From the NCBI RefSeq assembly GCF_037042905.1, contig NC_087245.1:7008001-7068000 (forward strand): a stretch of DNA of 60,000 bases. The letters run 5' to 3'. The position numbers and the translations under genes were made by a program. The DNA is from Lytechinus pictus (lineage: Eukaryota). This document shows, piece by piece, positions 47,401-58,173 of the stretch. The number at the start of each line of letters is the position of its first letter. Position 1 is the first letter of the stretch. The notes under the pieces are model-generated. The model ran no database searches, had not been told where the DNA came from, and saw only the letters and a program-made list of their open reading frames with translations.

Positions 47401-50400
47401 CGCTGTAATCAATTTCACGCATGGGTGGTTTCAGTTGTTGCACAATGTCTCTCGCATCACTGCACATCCTGAAAAGTGGGCCCCGAGGGGTATCAGCTAC
47501 CGACATGAAGTGGTAAAAACGAATGTCTGAGTGTCTTTCAGGCAGTTCAGTAACGAGTGTGACCACCTCCTGCAGCAATAACGGCTTCACAGCGCTGTCT
47601 CATGGAGCTGATGAGGCGATTGATGTCTCTGACGTCCAGTGCATCCCATGCAGCCTCCAGAGCCACACCCAGCTGCTGCAGTCCAAGTGGATGGGCTTCG
47701 AGCTGCTCGAGACTCCTCCCCATCATGTCCCAGACGTGCTCTATCGGGTTTAAGTCCGGGGACCTCGCTGGCCACTCCATACGCTCAATCCCCTGGCCCT
47801 CAAGGAACTCGGTCACCACCCTAGCTCGGTGGGCACGGGCATTGTCATCCATGAAAATGATGTTTTGTCCCACATTTTCTGCAAATGGCACCACTATAGG
47901 TTCAAGGACCTCATCCCTGTACCTCACTCCTGTCATTGCTCCCCCTGGGACCACGTAGAGACGAGTACGGTTGGCGTAGGTGATGCCTCCCCACACCATG
48001 ACGCTGCCTCCCCCATAACGGTCATGTTCTGCAATACAGGGGTCTGCAAATCTCTCTCCTGGTCGCCTCCAGACTTTTGAACGTCCATCATTGTGGTCAA
48101 GGGAAAATCTGCTCTCATCTGTGAACAGAACTCTACGCCATTGCTGTCTGGTCCATCTGACATGCTCCCGGGCCCAGTTGAGACGAATTCTTCTGTGAGC
48201 AGGGGTGAGTGGGACACACTGAGCTGGCCGTCTGGCATGCATATTGGCTCTGTGAAGTCGGTTACGGATTGTTTGAGTGGAAACAATCACTCCAGTTGCT
48301 GCAGCGAAGTCATTGTTGAGGCGGCGTGCACTGTGAAAGCGGTTGCGGAGGCTGAGATTCGTCAAGTAGCGATCATCTCTAGGGGTTGTCGAAACTGGTC
48401 GGCCACTGCGGGGTCTCTCGGAGTATAGCCCTGTCTCTCGGTGTCTTTGATTTGCTCTGCTAATGACACTGTGTGACACGCCCATCATTCTGGCTACTCT
48501 TCGCTGACTGAGGCCAGCTTCCAGCATCCCTAGGGCTCTGGCTACATCTGTTTCACTTAGGTGGTGTCTTGGCATTGCTGTTGTAGGCAAGTTGTTGATT
48601 GTACAGACTAAAGACGGAAAATGCTTTGGAAGACACTTGTCTTATGGCCCACTGCAATGATGCCAGAGACATCATGAAAGAACTGCATGTGTGAAATTGA
48701 TGTCATTGTGTTTGATGGCATTCTGGACAGCTGTATCTTGGCATTGCTATTGTCAGCAAGTTGTTGATTGTAGAGACTAAAGACAGAAAATGCTTTGGAA
48801 GCCACTTTTGTACGGGCACATTGCAATGATGCAAGAGACATGAAAGAACTGCATGTGTGAAATTGATTTCATTGTGTTTGATGGCATCCTGGACAGCTGT
48901 ATCTTGGCATTGCTGTTGTCAGCAATTTGTTGATTGTAGAGACTAAAGACAGAAAATGCATTTGAATCCACATTTGTACCACTTCACAATGGGCCCACTT
49001 TTCAGGATATGCAATAATGCGAGAGACATCATGCAACAACTGAAACCACCCATGTGTGAAATTGTTACAGGGTGTTTGAGGAGATTCAAGACAGCCATAT
49101 TCGGGTATTTCTAGAAATACAACACCCGGTTTGAAAATTGTATACACACATTAAAAAGTGGTCCTTAAAGGGGAATCCAGCCTTGGCCATAAAATGTTGT
49201 GTTGGGAAGGAGAAAAATAAATTAAACAGAATGGTGAAAGTTTGAAAGAAATCTGACAAGCAATAAGAAAGTTATAGCTGCTTTAAAATTGAGATAACTA
49301 ATAGTATGTAGATTTCAAATTGGCCATTGGGTAAGTAAATTATGACAAGGGGCACGGACAACTTTCCCATAGGCCATGTACTTTATTATCAGGGATTTGT
49401 GGTTTTCTCCTAAGTACCCATTCCCCTGGGGCAGTAATCTAAATATATCCCAGGTAGTATATTGTTTTATGTCCTCATGAAAGAAAAATATAATTTGAAA
49501 TAAAACTTTTGGGAAAAATGACATTTTAGCCATGATATGTATTAGAGTACACAGAAGAGAAGTCCTTGCCTTACATCACTATGACATCCCATATGCGGCC
49601 AATTTGAAGTCTCCATGGGTATAGTGATTACCAATATTTACAAATTTAAAAAATTCATAACTTTCTTGTTGTTTGTCCAATATTGTTCAAACTTTCACCT
49701 ATCAACTTGTCTGATTTTTCTTTTTCTTATAAAAACAAGCTTTTATTTGGGTTGGATTCCCCTTTAACTTTTTTTGAGTAGTGTATTATTGTAACAGCAG
49801 TGCTATCAGCAATGTCTAATAGATTATTTTACTCTTCGAACAATAGATTATTTGTACTCTTTGAACATCTTTTGCTGTGCCTGATTTTTGCTGCAATTTT
49901 GTCATTAGTTTAATTTTCTCAACTGACAACAGGTGCAGATCAAGCCAGGTTAGATTTTTAGATTTTTTTAGGAGGCCTGGTATTGTTAAAAAACAATATG
50001 GCCCCCGAAAGGCTGCAGTTATTATCTTTGCTGTTATGCTGAACGCAAGAGATACGTCTGATCTGGCGAAGACTATGCACTTGTGGCTGCGAAGCAGCCA
50101 ATGCCTATACACTCCCGTCTGCCGGATCAATATTCATGTATTCATCTCGTCGTTGGACGTGTTGTGGTACCGGGATCTGACCGGTACCTGTATTGCCGTC
50201 GTGTGCCAACAACTTGAGATCATAAAAGGGAATATATTATCGTTACACAGAGGGATAGCCTGGTAGATTTCACTTTTTCCAGATCCCTCCCGTCGTCAAT
50301 AATGCTACGAATGGCAGATTCTTAAAGGTCTGAGAATTTTTCACTAGGTATGCAGAATTTATCGGCAGCACAATCCAAACTCTCACAGAAGTTTCTCGCT

Positions 50401-53400
50401 TGTACTCAAACTCGCCATTGTGGATGAAGAGAGTGACGTCATATCACATTACCTTCTTCTTTCCAACGTATTTCTGATTGGTCTGATTTATTTCTTATAC
50501 ATATGCATGATAATTTTTCGTACGAAAAACTGGCGTCATTTCAAAGTCGATAATAAAAAAACAACATCCAAAGCAAGACGGAAGTGTATAGGCGGTGGCT
50601 GCTTCGCAGCCACAAATGCGTGGTCTTCGCCAGATCAGACGTATCTCTTGCGTTCAGCATAACAGCAAAGACAATACCTGCAGCCTCTGCCTAGATTATA
50701 GGCTAAATCCGGCTTGGTCCGTGCCTGGACAAGGCTGGTAATATTTCATGCATAAACCATGAAAGCTTCACTTCATAAAGCATATTTTCAAATCCAGTTT
50801 CACAACCATCTTTGTGAATTTGGTCATTTTATTTGCGACTTGCCTTCTATAAATAAATCTAATTGATGGTATTTTTGTCTTTCTAGCAATATGTTGGTTG
50901 GTCCTCCCTCAGAAGCATCCTCTAAACTTGGTGCCCTCATCAGCAAGGAACACCTTAATAAGGTCAAAGGTTATGTTGCACTCTCTGTAGAAGAAGGTGG
51001 CATGATCCATTGTGGTGAAGGGGTGGATGAGATATGTCTTCCACAAAAATATAAAAATGTAAGGTATTTCTCTATTGTCACTGTAAGTACACATTTACAA
51101 TAAATCAAGGAAATGAAGGAATAGCAATCTTGGTAGCCATGATTAAGCCCCGCAAAATGCACAGCTCATGTACAAGAGATACTAGAATACTAGTAACAAA
51201 ATATGAGTTGGTAATTTTCATAAGTACACTTAGAGATCCAGAAAGCATGTCAAAAAGTTTTCAACTATATCTATTAATACAAGATCTTGCACAGGAGTAC
51301 TTAGGGGGGGGATTGGACAACATAGGTCAATTATTTTAGTATTTTTTGGTTTTAAATATCATGGTTTAAATGTTGAGTTTATAAATACTAAGTTTTTAAA
51401 TATCTTCATACACTAAAGTGATGCAAAACATAACTATCATATGGAAATGAATGTATGTATGAATTTCAATTTTCTTCCTTGCTAGGGTTATTACATGCTA
51501 CCTACTGTAATAACAGGACTTGGACCCTATAGCAGGTGCATGCAGGAAGAGATCTTTGGCCCTGTTGTATGTATCGCTCCTTTCACCACAGAAGAAGATG
51601 TAAGTTGCGTGGTAGATCTAAGATATCAATGTTTCCAATGGGTGGTATTCTGAAAATTGTCTTAACTTTTCTTGTAAGTCAGCAAGATAACAGCTCGCTA
51701 AAATTCTCTTAAATTGGTATTCCGAAAATTGTCTTATCTCTGTAAGGACGTCCCCTATTTTATCTCTGACACGCCCAATATTTCATCATCAACCAATCAT
51801 TAAGCTTGTTACATGCTTAGGTCAACCAATAGAAGCATCTCTTCTGAAAAATAATGAAGCTCGTTGTTGATATGAGGCGTGATTTCCTTGCGCCCCCGAC
51901 GCTTATGCTTGTGCGCTTCTGTGCTAAAAATACACGTGGCTCTTCTCAAAGACATATTTTCTCTGAAAAGATTCATCGTCTCGAGCACCAATTTTTAATT
52001 GTTTAAAAGTCTACCAAGTCGTCATTATAATGTCTTTGGAATGTCTCCTTTTGTGAAACATGATGTTCTTGCGGGATGCAGCAAGAAATAATTATTGCAG
52101 ACGGACAAATATCACATGCAACAATAAGTTACAATAGCCCCCTACCTCTTGTAATTTTTTTGTATTTTCCAAGGAAGTTAACAGAACGCAAAGATAAGAG
52201 AATTTTCAGAATACCTTTTATCTCGATATGTTATCTTGCGCAAAGGGATATTTATGCGCCTTTTTTAACTTTACGCATAATTCTAGCTCAGACATCATAC
52301 GCGCTCAGCGAAAGTTACAAGAAAATTTACAAGAAAAGATACAAGAATTTTCGGAATACAGATTTTATTGTAACTCTAAAGATACAAGAATATTTCTCTT
52401 AAGACAATTTTCAGAATACGGCCCCAGATCATCCCTGATGTCTTTCTTGCAGGCTTAAATTACTGCTTAAACACATATCTTATTAATGGATATATCTTGC
52501 AAGTCCCAATGATATTCCATTGATGTTTAATAGTGGGAATGACAGAAATGTTTTTTTTCGTCAACTGCTTTGGGCTTTAATTTCTGGGTTACTTTTCATA
52601 AACACTTTTATGAAATGTAAAAAAGTACTATCAGGAATGAACTACATCAATCTAGTAGGCAAGAAGACTTATATCACAATGTTTTTTATGAATTGTATGA
52701 ATGGGTCCTTGAATCCATTTCTCAAAACTTTTATAGATATTCTTACTTTGATGAAATCAGTAGTATGCTCAGGAGTTAATCAAAATCAGTTATGCCACAA
52801 CGGATTCCAACTGGGGCTGGTATGTTGGACATGAAACGATCAGAAGAAGATGAGATAGCGCTTTATATCCTCTGGCAAAAGTGCTATATTATATAATGAA
52901 CAAATATGTATGCAGAGCTGCCAAGTAGTACGTTTTGTACGTATTTTGTCCGTTTTTTGTTTAAAATCCGTATGTACGTTTTTTCCATGAAAAATATGTT
53001 TTTCAAAATTTTGAGTATGCCTTGTAATTCATGTATGTGCCTTTAGTTTAGAGTGATTTGTACGAACGTAGAGGGCAGCATGCAACACATGGAACTGAAC
53101 TTCCGTGGGCATAGATCGGCACTTGCGCTATCTCACATGTGTATGGCCACCAGAGGAGATGGTCGGAACTATGGTTCCTGAAGTGATGCTGGAATTTCCG
53201 GAGGGGCACAGCCCTAAAGGAAAATTGTTGCGTTTGCTTCACTGAGGGGACCATAGTATCACCAGACCTCCAATCAGAGTCCGTATATATCAGGTTTATA
53301 TCCGTCATCGATACTATTATTATTATTATTAAGTACAACAGATTGGAAATTTAATTGAATGAATAACAATAAGGATTCGGTCTTTGAGTGAGAAATTATT

Positions 53401-56101
53401 AAAATTTGAGAAAAGGTGGACGTGATTGATCATTGCGTGTGCATACGCACACTGTTACAATCTCATGCGATTGATTTAAGCCCTTCCTATCAAGCCAAAA
53501 ATAGTTTTGGACCTATTTAAGGCTTGGGGTACTATTCCCTGGCTTGTGACGTCAGATGTCGGGATTCATGGCCATTTTTGCAAATTTTATGACATTGGTT
53601 GGAACTATCATTGATCACATGACAAGGTTTGGACCAATCACCTGTTCAGATTTTTATAATGACAGATATAAATTCAGCTATTGTAATTTTATTAGGTGGT
53701 CTGTCAAAGACAGATCACCTCTTGATTTCGCTAGAATTTTCTTTCTTTATTTATTTATTCTTTATTTATTTTTATTTCTTCCGTACACTTTTTTGTACAC
53801 ACGTTCACTGGAAATCGACATGGTCAATTTCCTTCAAATTTCTGTCAGTCATCAAGCCCTATGATTTCAAGTTAAATCAACTTTTTCAAGGTCATCGTGA
53901 CGTCATCCAGGCGCCATTTTGTAAAAATCAGGTCATTATCATATCTCGATAACGAGTCATCAAAAATCAACTATATTTGGTATACATCAACTTCAGGTCA
54001 ACGGTCAACTAAAAATTTAATCAAATTCCGCGCGCGCACCTCGACGCGCACGTACGCGCGCATTAAAATTTTAAAATGCTCAAATTCGTTCCAAATTAAT
54101 TTTACATACGTTTCAGGCCATTTTAAGCATTTTGCAAAAAAACGCGCGCACGCACATGCGCGCTGCATTTTTCAACATAGAATCGCCAAATTTTTTTATA
54201 TCAATGCACCGATAATATAATTCTGAACAATTTGATACCTTGATCAACCTTCTACGACAAGTAATAACGAAATTATCACCCGTTAAACTTTGCAGCACGT
54301 GTGCGCGCGAGCTCTCACTACAGGCCATATATGGGCAAAAACAGGTCTATTGAAAATTCACTGTAGCTCTTTAAATAGTCCGTTGACCCCAATTTTTTTT
54401 TTCATATATCGATAGAGTATGAGTTGTAGATTTGATTTCATGTCACCATTGTCCCTCAATTTGATCATGACGTCATCAAAATTGCGCCTAAACTGAAAAT
54501 TTCTTTTTTTCAAAAATGACGTCATCAAATTTATCCAATATTGATCATTTTTCGCCCAGATTTCGATATGTTGTAGTTTAGAATGTACTCTTTCTCGTCA
54601 GTTAGCATGAATTTTCATTTTGAAAAACGCATCATGGTGTAAAATTGCGATGAAAAGAGGCATGTCATTTTTCCTCATTTTACGTGTAATCTCTATGGGA
54701 CATGACTTTTTCTCAAAACTAGATTCTACATTCCTCTATTTCGTGAGCTATATCTCCATTTTTTCTTGTTAGTTATCCCTGAGCTTTTGGTATGATGTAG
54801 CAGAGATTCTAAGCTTTCGGAAGTGTGCCCTCCATTTTTCGATCAGATGCCAGGATCATGCCCGTTTTTCGCTTGCAAAATTGGATTTGTAATTCTCAAA
54901 TTTGCTTACGTGTAATCTCTATGGGAACGTGTAATCTCTATGGGGAATATCGTGGCTCAATGGATAACGCACTTGACTTGAGTTCTCGGGGGCGCAGGTT
55001 CGAGTCCTGGGGGTGAACAAGATGATTTTTTTTTTCTTTCTACCACCTCGTACATGATCTTTTATGATAATTAAAAGGTATGAAAGTTAAAATTTAGCAA
55101 GATTAAACAGATTATAATTACTTTTTTCATATCACATGTATTTTCATATATCAAAGAGACCCTTTTCACAGTGCTTTATCATCTCCCGTCTTTCACAAGT
55201 ATTCCATCCATAATGAACATTCCGTTGTCATCATGAAGATCATATTGATCTGCTTGAACATGGTAATGGTGATCATGATGGCGAGAATAAGGACAGACCA
55301 CCTAATTCGTCCGCATGACGAATTAAAATCTAGTTATTATTATTGTTGTTTGTTATTGTGTTGCTGCTGCTGTTATATATTTTTCGTTATTACTTTACAG
55401 GCAATTGAAAAGGCAAACTCTGTGAAGTTTGGACTCTCCGCTTGTGTTTGGACCAATGATGTTAGAAGAACACACCATGTTTCTCAGAAACTACAGGTCA
55501 GTGTCTGAAAATTCTTCAGCCATTTGAAATCAGCTACTCTCAACAGGGTTCTGAACATTTGTTACTGAAAAATGATTTGTAAGCTGATTAATTGATATAC
55601 CAATATAACGCTCCTTGAATGGAATGTGAGGCGTTGCCTACGAAGAAAGTGCTTCTTCATTTGTAAAGGTGTTTATGACAGAATACATTTTTTTAGGCTA
55701 TTTAGAGGAAGAATGTTTAACTTTAAAAATAATGGTTCAGTATGGGCATAGTAACTGGAGTTGATGGTACATAGCGCAAAGCAATTGCCTTACGTATTTT
55801 TTTTTTGTGGTTTCATTATATTTTCGGTTGACATGAATGAGTTTTATACAAGGATACAATGAATAAATACTTGTATCCACATTTTATTGTGTATATCTGC
55901 TTTGCATTTTATTAAATTAATAAATGAATTGAATATCATCTGCCTGTCTTGCAGGTTGGAACTGTCTGGGTCAATTGCTGGATGGTACGTGATCTCAATA
56001 TGCCTTTCGGAGGGATGAAGGCTTCTGGGATAGGTCGGGAAGGAGTCAATGAATCCATTGAATTCTTCACGGAAGCCAAGTGTATCTGTATCAAGCATTG
56101 A
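32241..56101 (+). CDS. ALDH8A1: Aldehyde dehydrogenase 8A1 (2-aminomuconic semialdehyde dehydrogenase), 9 exons: 32241-32413, 38297-38497, 39372-39580, 46125-46291, 46476-46651, 50887-51058, 51486-51599, 55401-55496, 55955-56101; 484 aa
   Basis: All introns are GT-AG with consistent phases, and the exons total 1455 nt. Motifs ENFIDGKF, DSYDPS.GEV, ESKDQGK, DIPR.V.NFRFFASS, LISPWNLPLYLLT, KPSE.TSVT, KKLSLELGGKN, NQGEICLC, EEIFGPV, VW.NCW, PFGGMK.SGIGREG and C-terminal IKH match ALDH8A1. Confidence 0.95.
33082..34821. mobile_element. 1.7-kb non-autonomous TIR element with AT flanks (ISL2EU/Harbinger-like) in intron 1
   Basis: at|agaccttatcgcaaatag ... ctatttgcgataagatct|at. Confidence 0.6.
35375..35638. 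repeat. Diverged ~260-bp foldback/palindrome
   Basis: ccttcgattaggaatgttacaaaatgctgttttgaaga vs tcttcaaaacagcattttgtaacatcgctaatcgaagg, AT-rich centre. Confidence 0.75.
36455..37570 (+). mobile_element. Helentron/DINE-type non-autonomous element with ~150-190-bp internal tandem repeats (5' end missing)
   Basis: About 6 units containing 'catgaaacttggacataag' and 'ggtcacatgaccaaggtcaaaggtca' at ~36537, 36727, 36890, 37043, 37196, 37360. Confidence 0.65.
38297..38497 (+). CDS. ALDH8A1: ALDH8A1 exon 2
   Basis: WSSKSPTERAKVMNKIADL...FRFFASSILHTRN, AG/GT boundaries. Confidence 0.93.
38950..39320. repeat. Pyrimidine-rich (C/T) low-complexity tract
   Basis: ~370 bp dominated by C and T on the + strand, just upstream of exon 3. 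Confidence 0.8.
39372..39580 (+). CDS. ALDH8A1: ALDH8A1 exon 3
   Basis: STILDVGATNYTMHMPIGVVGLISPWNLPLYLLTFKIAPCIAYGNTCVCKPSEMTSVTSWMIAKLLVKA. Confidence 0.93.
39675..40394. mobile_element. piggyBac-like MITE (TTAA, CCC..GGG)
   Basis: TTAA|ccctaaa ... aataaggg|TTAA. Related in inverted orientation to 43156-43910. Confidence 0.7.
41125..41702. mobile_element. Kolobok/T2-type MITE (TTAA TSD)
   Basis: TTAA|agggatggtccgggctgaa ... ttcagcccgatccatccct|TTAA. Confidence 0.88.
42566..43129. mobile_element. Kolobok/T2-type MITE (TTAA TSD)
   Basis: TTAA|aggacaagtccacc ... ggtggacttgacct|TTAA. Confidence 0.88.
43156..43910. mobile_element. piggyBac-like MITE
   Basis: TTAA|ccctaaaaggactggg ... cccagtccttttaggg|ATAA (perfect 16-bp TIR, one TSD mismatch). 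Confidence 0.8.
44200..45888. mobile_element. hAT-like non-autonomous element, 1.7 kb
   Basis: cacgcata|cagtggcgtaacagg ... cctgttacgcccctg|cacgcata, perfect 8-bp TSD. Confidence 0.85.
46125..46291 (+). CDS. ALDH8A1: ALDH8A1 exon 4
   Basis: GLPNGVVNMVFGDGPEAG...SFTGGTETG...KKLSLE. Confidence 0.93.
46476..46651 (+). CDS. ALDH8A1: ALDH8A1 exon 5 (catalytic Cys region)
   Basis: LGGKNAALVFDDVDLDEVIPTMVKSGFINQGEICLCMSRIFVQENIFENFVNKYVNAA. Confidence 0.93.
46664..47123. mobile_element. MITE with ccgg(G)n-cactca TIRs and 8-bp TSD
   Basis: gcctaata|cc(g)n cactca ... tgagtg(c)n gg|gcctaata. Confidence 0.8.
47547..48575 (-). CDS. Tc1-family DD34E transposase, 342 aa from the ATG (MPRHHL...)
   Basis: N-terminal HTH, RSGRP, VLFTDESRF, GGGSVMVWG, MDDNARAH and WPARSPDLNPIEHVW. 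I count 34 residues between the second D and E. ORF is uninterrupted. Confidence 0.93.
   Translation of the reverse strand: MPRHHLSETDVARALGMLEAGLSQRRVARMMGVSHSVISRANQRHRETGLYSERPRSGRPVSTTPRDDRYLTNLSLRNRFHSARRLNNDFAAATGVIVSTQTIRNRLHRANMHARRPAQCVPLTPAHRRIRLNWAREHVRWTRQQWRRVLFTDESRFSLDHNDGRSKVWRRPGERFADPCIAEHDRYGGGSVMVWGGITYANRTRLYVVPGGAMTGVRYRDEVLEPIVVPFAENVGQNIIFMDDNARAHRARVVTEFLEGQGIERMEWPARSPDLNPIEHVWDMMGRSLEQLEAHPLGLQQLGVALEAAWDALDVRDINRLISSMRQRCEAVIAAGGGHTRY
49169..49763. mobile_element. Kolobok/T2-type MITE inserted in the Tc1 TIR
   Basis: TTAA|aggggaatccagcc ... ggttggattcccct|TTAA. Confidence 0.9.
50010..50686. mobile_element. MITE-like element with ~90-bp TIRs
   Basis: aggctgcag..ctttgctgttatgctgaacgcaagagatacgtctgatctggcgaagac vs gtcttcgccagatcagacgtatctcttgcgttcagcataacagcaaag..ctgcagcct. 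Confidence 0.75.
50887..51058 (+). CDS. ALDH8A1: ALDH8A1 exon 6
   Basis: NMLVGPPSEASSKLGALISKEHLNKVKGYV...CGEGVDEICLPQKYKN. Confidence 0.92.
51486..51599 (+). CDS. ALDH8A1: ALDH8A1 exon 7
   Basis: GYYMLPTVITGLGPYSRCMQEEIFGPVVCIAPFTTEED. Confidence 0.93.
51640..52424. mobile_element. PIF/Harbinger-like MITE
   Basis: gggtggtattctgaaaattgtcttaa ... ttaagacaattttcagaatacggccc, with the subterminal motif repeated internally. Confidence 0.7.
53691..55335 (+). mobile_element. Helentron-associated non-autonomous element (HINE/DINE-1 architecture)
   Basis: SubTIR attaggtggtctgtc (53691) / gacagaccacctaat (55292-55306), 5' hairpin ggtggtctgtc-aaa-gacagatcacc, (TTTA)n tract, 3' hairpin aattcgtc-cgcat-gacgaatt then aaaatctagtt, T-rich flanks. 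Confidence 0.75.
55401..55496 (+). CDS. ALDH8A1: ALDH8A1 exon 8
   Basis: AIEKANSVKFGLSACVWTNDVRRTHHVSQKLQ. Confidence 0.93.
55955..56101 (+). CDS. ALDH8A1: ALDH8A1 exon 9 (terminal)
   Basis: VGTVWVNCWMVRDLNMPFGGMKASGIGREGVNESIEFFTEAKCICIKH*. Confidence 0.94.
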   Translation, partial: VGTVWVNCWMVRDLNMPFGGMKASGIGREGVNESIEFFTEAKCICIKH

Positions 56102-57073
56102 ATGACGATCTTCCAATGTCTTTATTCATAAACAAAGCATCTTGTTGTTCTCTCCAAAAATCCATGATATTTGCATTTTGGCATATTTATCGTTGCATGA
56201 GGAAGGCTGTTATTGATGAACCATTAACCCAGTTCACTTTACCTGAAATTAGGGATCTGTTTAGTCAAGACTTGATGAACTTTATATGCTAATATATTTA
56301 GAAACATTATACATGTGTTTTGTTTGAACTAGGTATGATTATGTTAATATGTGTACAAAAGTTAGGGATCTTTGGAGTTTGAATTACATATAGGTGAGTC
56401 TATAAGAGATTTGCAGTTATTACTAGTGGGTCTTTGTTAACATAATGAGAGAGGTTATATATTTGACGTGCACTTCCAATTGAGTGAGCTCATGTTAAGG
56501 CCCAGTACCACTGCACAAACTGATGCAGAGAGGATCTTGCCATCCGTTCGAAAGGACTGTCGTGAGGAAGCCTGGCAGATGTACAGAGGGAGTGAATTTC
56601 AGAGTGTTGGGAATACTACTTCAAAGGCTATGATATGTTTATAACTGACCACAGAGACAAATGACTATTAATGCAAACATTCTTTGCATCTTATGGTCCA
56701 CCAACAGTGCTGGGCATGATAAAATGCCTTCGACACATTTTATGTTTGAAAAAGGGGTTTTAGGCAGGGTTAAATATGGTAGATGAGTGTTTGGACTTAT
56801 CTTTCAAAAGGAAAGAGGGACTTTAACTTTATACGGGGAAAGGGGAGACTTTTTTCTCACATTTTTCGCCAATTTTGCCCATTTCTGGAGTGGATGAAAA
56901 CAGATGGCGCCACCACCAAATATTGTGCTCATTTTCTGTGTCCTTTATGCATACGTTTTGTGTCCATCGGGCAGTGGGACCGGGCCTTTAATACATGTAG
57001 GGGACCTAGGCTTATTTTCAGTAATCTTCAGTCAGAACTTAGTAAGCTTATTTTGATGGATAAAAGTGTGGAA

Positions 57074-57415
57074 GAGCCATGGTGTAGTGGTTCTGACTCT
57101 CGCCTTGTAAACAGGGGGTCGTGTGGTTGAATCCCACCGCGGTCTAGCATCCTTTGGCAAGGCGTTAATCCACACTATGCCACTCTCGACCCAGCTGCTA
57201 AATGGGCACCTGGTAGGATGTGAAAGTTATTGTAAGTTTGAATTTGCCAGCGCCATTATGAGGCTGCAATGAATATAGGGAATGCTCCCCAGAGAGTGGA
57301 AATTGTGCACTTTTTTGCGATATTGAAATTAATCCAAAGACCGGGGTAATGATACGCTGTAAAGCGCTTTGGGCCATCTGGGAAAAGGGCTACATAAAAA
57401 CTAGCTATTATTATT
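57074..57415 (+). mobile_element. tRNA-derived SINE (same family as 15967)
   Basis: gagccatggtgtagtggttctgactctcgcc...gaatccc head, shared core, (att)n tail. Confidence 0.8.
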
Positions 57416-57553
57416 GTAGAGAATTTATAAATTCATTTAGCCAGAACTGAGTGAGCTTATTTGGATATGTTACAAGAATTCATAAATTTGTATAGTTAGA
57501 AATATGTGAGTGTGTTAGAGATAGAAGTTAGAGATCTATGGAGTTAAGCACTA

Positions 57554-58173
57554 CGGCCGTCAGATGGTAAAACGGTCTCGAAAATAGCTGTTCTGAGAAA
57601 AATGACTTTAAAGTTTAGAGGTTTGAGCTTTTTTATGAGACGGAAATAATGCATTTTTAGCAATGGGAAAAGAAGAAGCACAATAAACACTAATAACTGA
57701 AGAATTTTATTAATGCTTTTTTGGGGATTTCATTATGACATAGATAAGACTTTTGTGTAGATTTTACCATCTTACCCCAATGCACAATATTCTTCAGCGA
57801 TTTTCGAGATAGACCGTTTTACCATCTGACGGCCGTGTGACGTGGCGGAAAACTGGTCTAACTCGAAGATAGTCCATTTTACCATCTGGACAGCGATGAT
57901 TCAAAAATCTCAATTAAGAAGGTTTATGTAAAAGATTTTACCTCCAAACGATATTACCGACAATGGGCTAACTCAAAGATAGACCATTTTACCATCAAAT
58001 CTGAAGGAAAAATACAAAAAAGTACCAAGATAGCGGAAATTATCTCTAAATCAAGACATGATGGGATTTTAGCGATAGCACCATTGGAAAGAACGCCCTC
58101 ACATTACAAGGAAAGTGAATTTACCTCAAAAAGTCAAATTTTCGAGTTAGACCGTTTTACCATCTGACGGCCG
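57554..58173. mobile_element. MITE with 24-bp TIR and 4-bp TSD (possibly Sola-like)
   Basis: acta|cggccgtcagatggtaaaacggtct ... agaccgttttaccatctgacggccg|acta. Confidence 0.85.

Larger units (their letters stand above)
47289..49783 (-). mobile_element. Tc1 DNA transposon in ALDH8A1 intron 5
   Basis: TA|cactactcaaaaaaagttaaggaccacttttt at left. Right end ttaaaaagtggtcc[TTAA-MITE-TTAA]ctttttttgagtagtg|TA. Imperfect TIR similarity extends ~200 bp. Confidence 0.92.

Noticed and set aside
47523..48428. Overlapping alternative-frame and antisense ORFs within Tc1
   Set aside because: Expected by chance in GC-richer coding DNA, with no recognisable motifs.
53100..53300. Crypton-like non-autonomous remnant
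   Set aside because: Only a vague motif resemblance, and the boundaries could not be defined.
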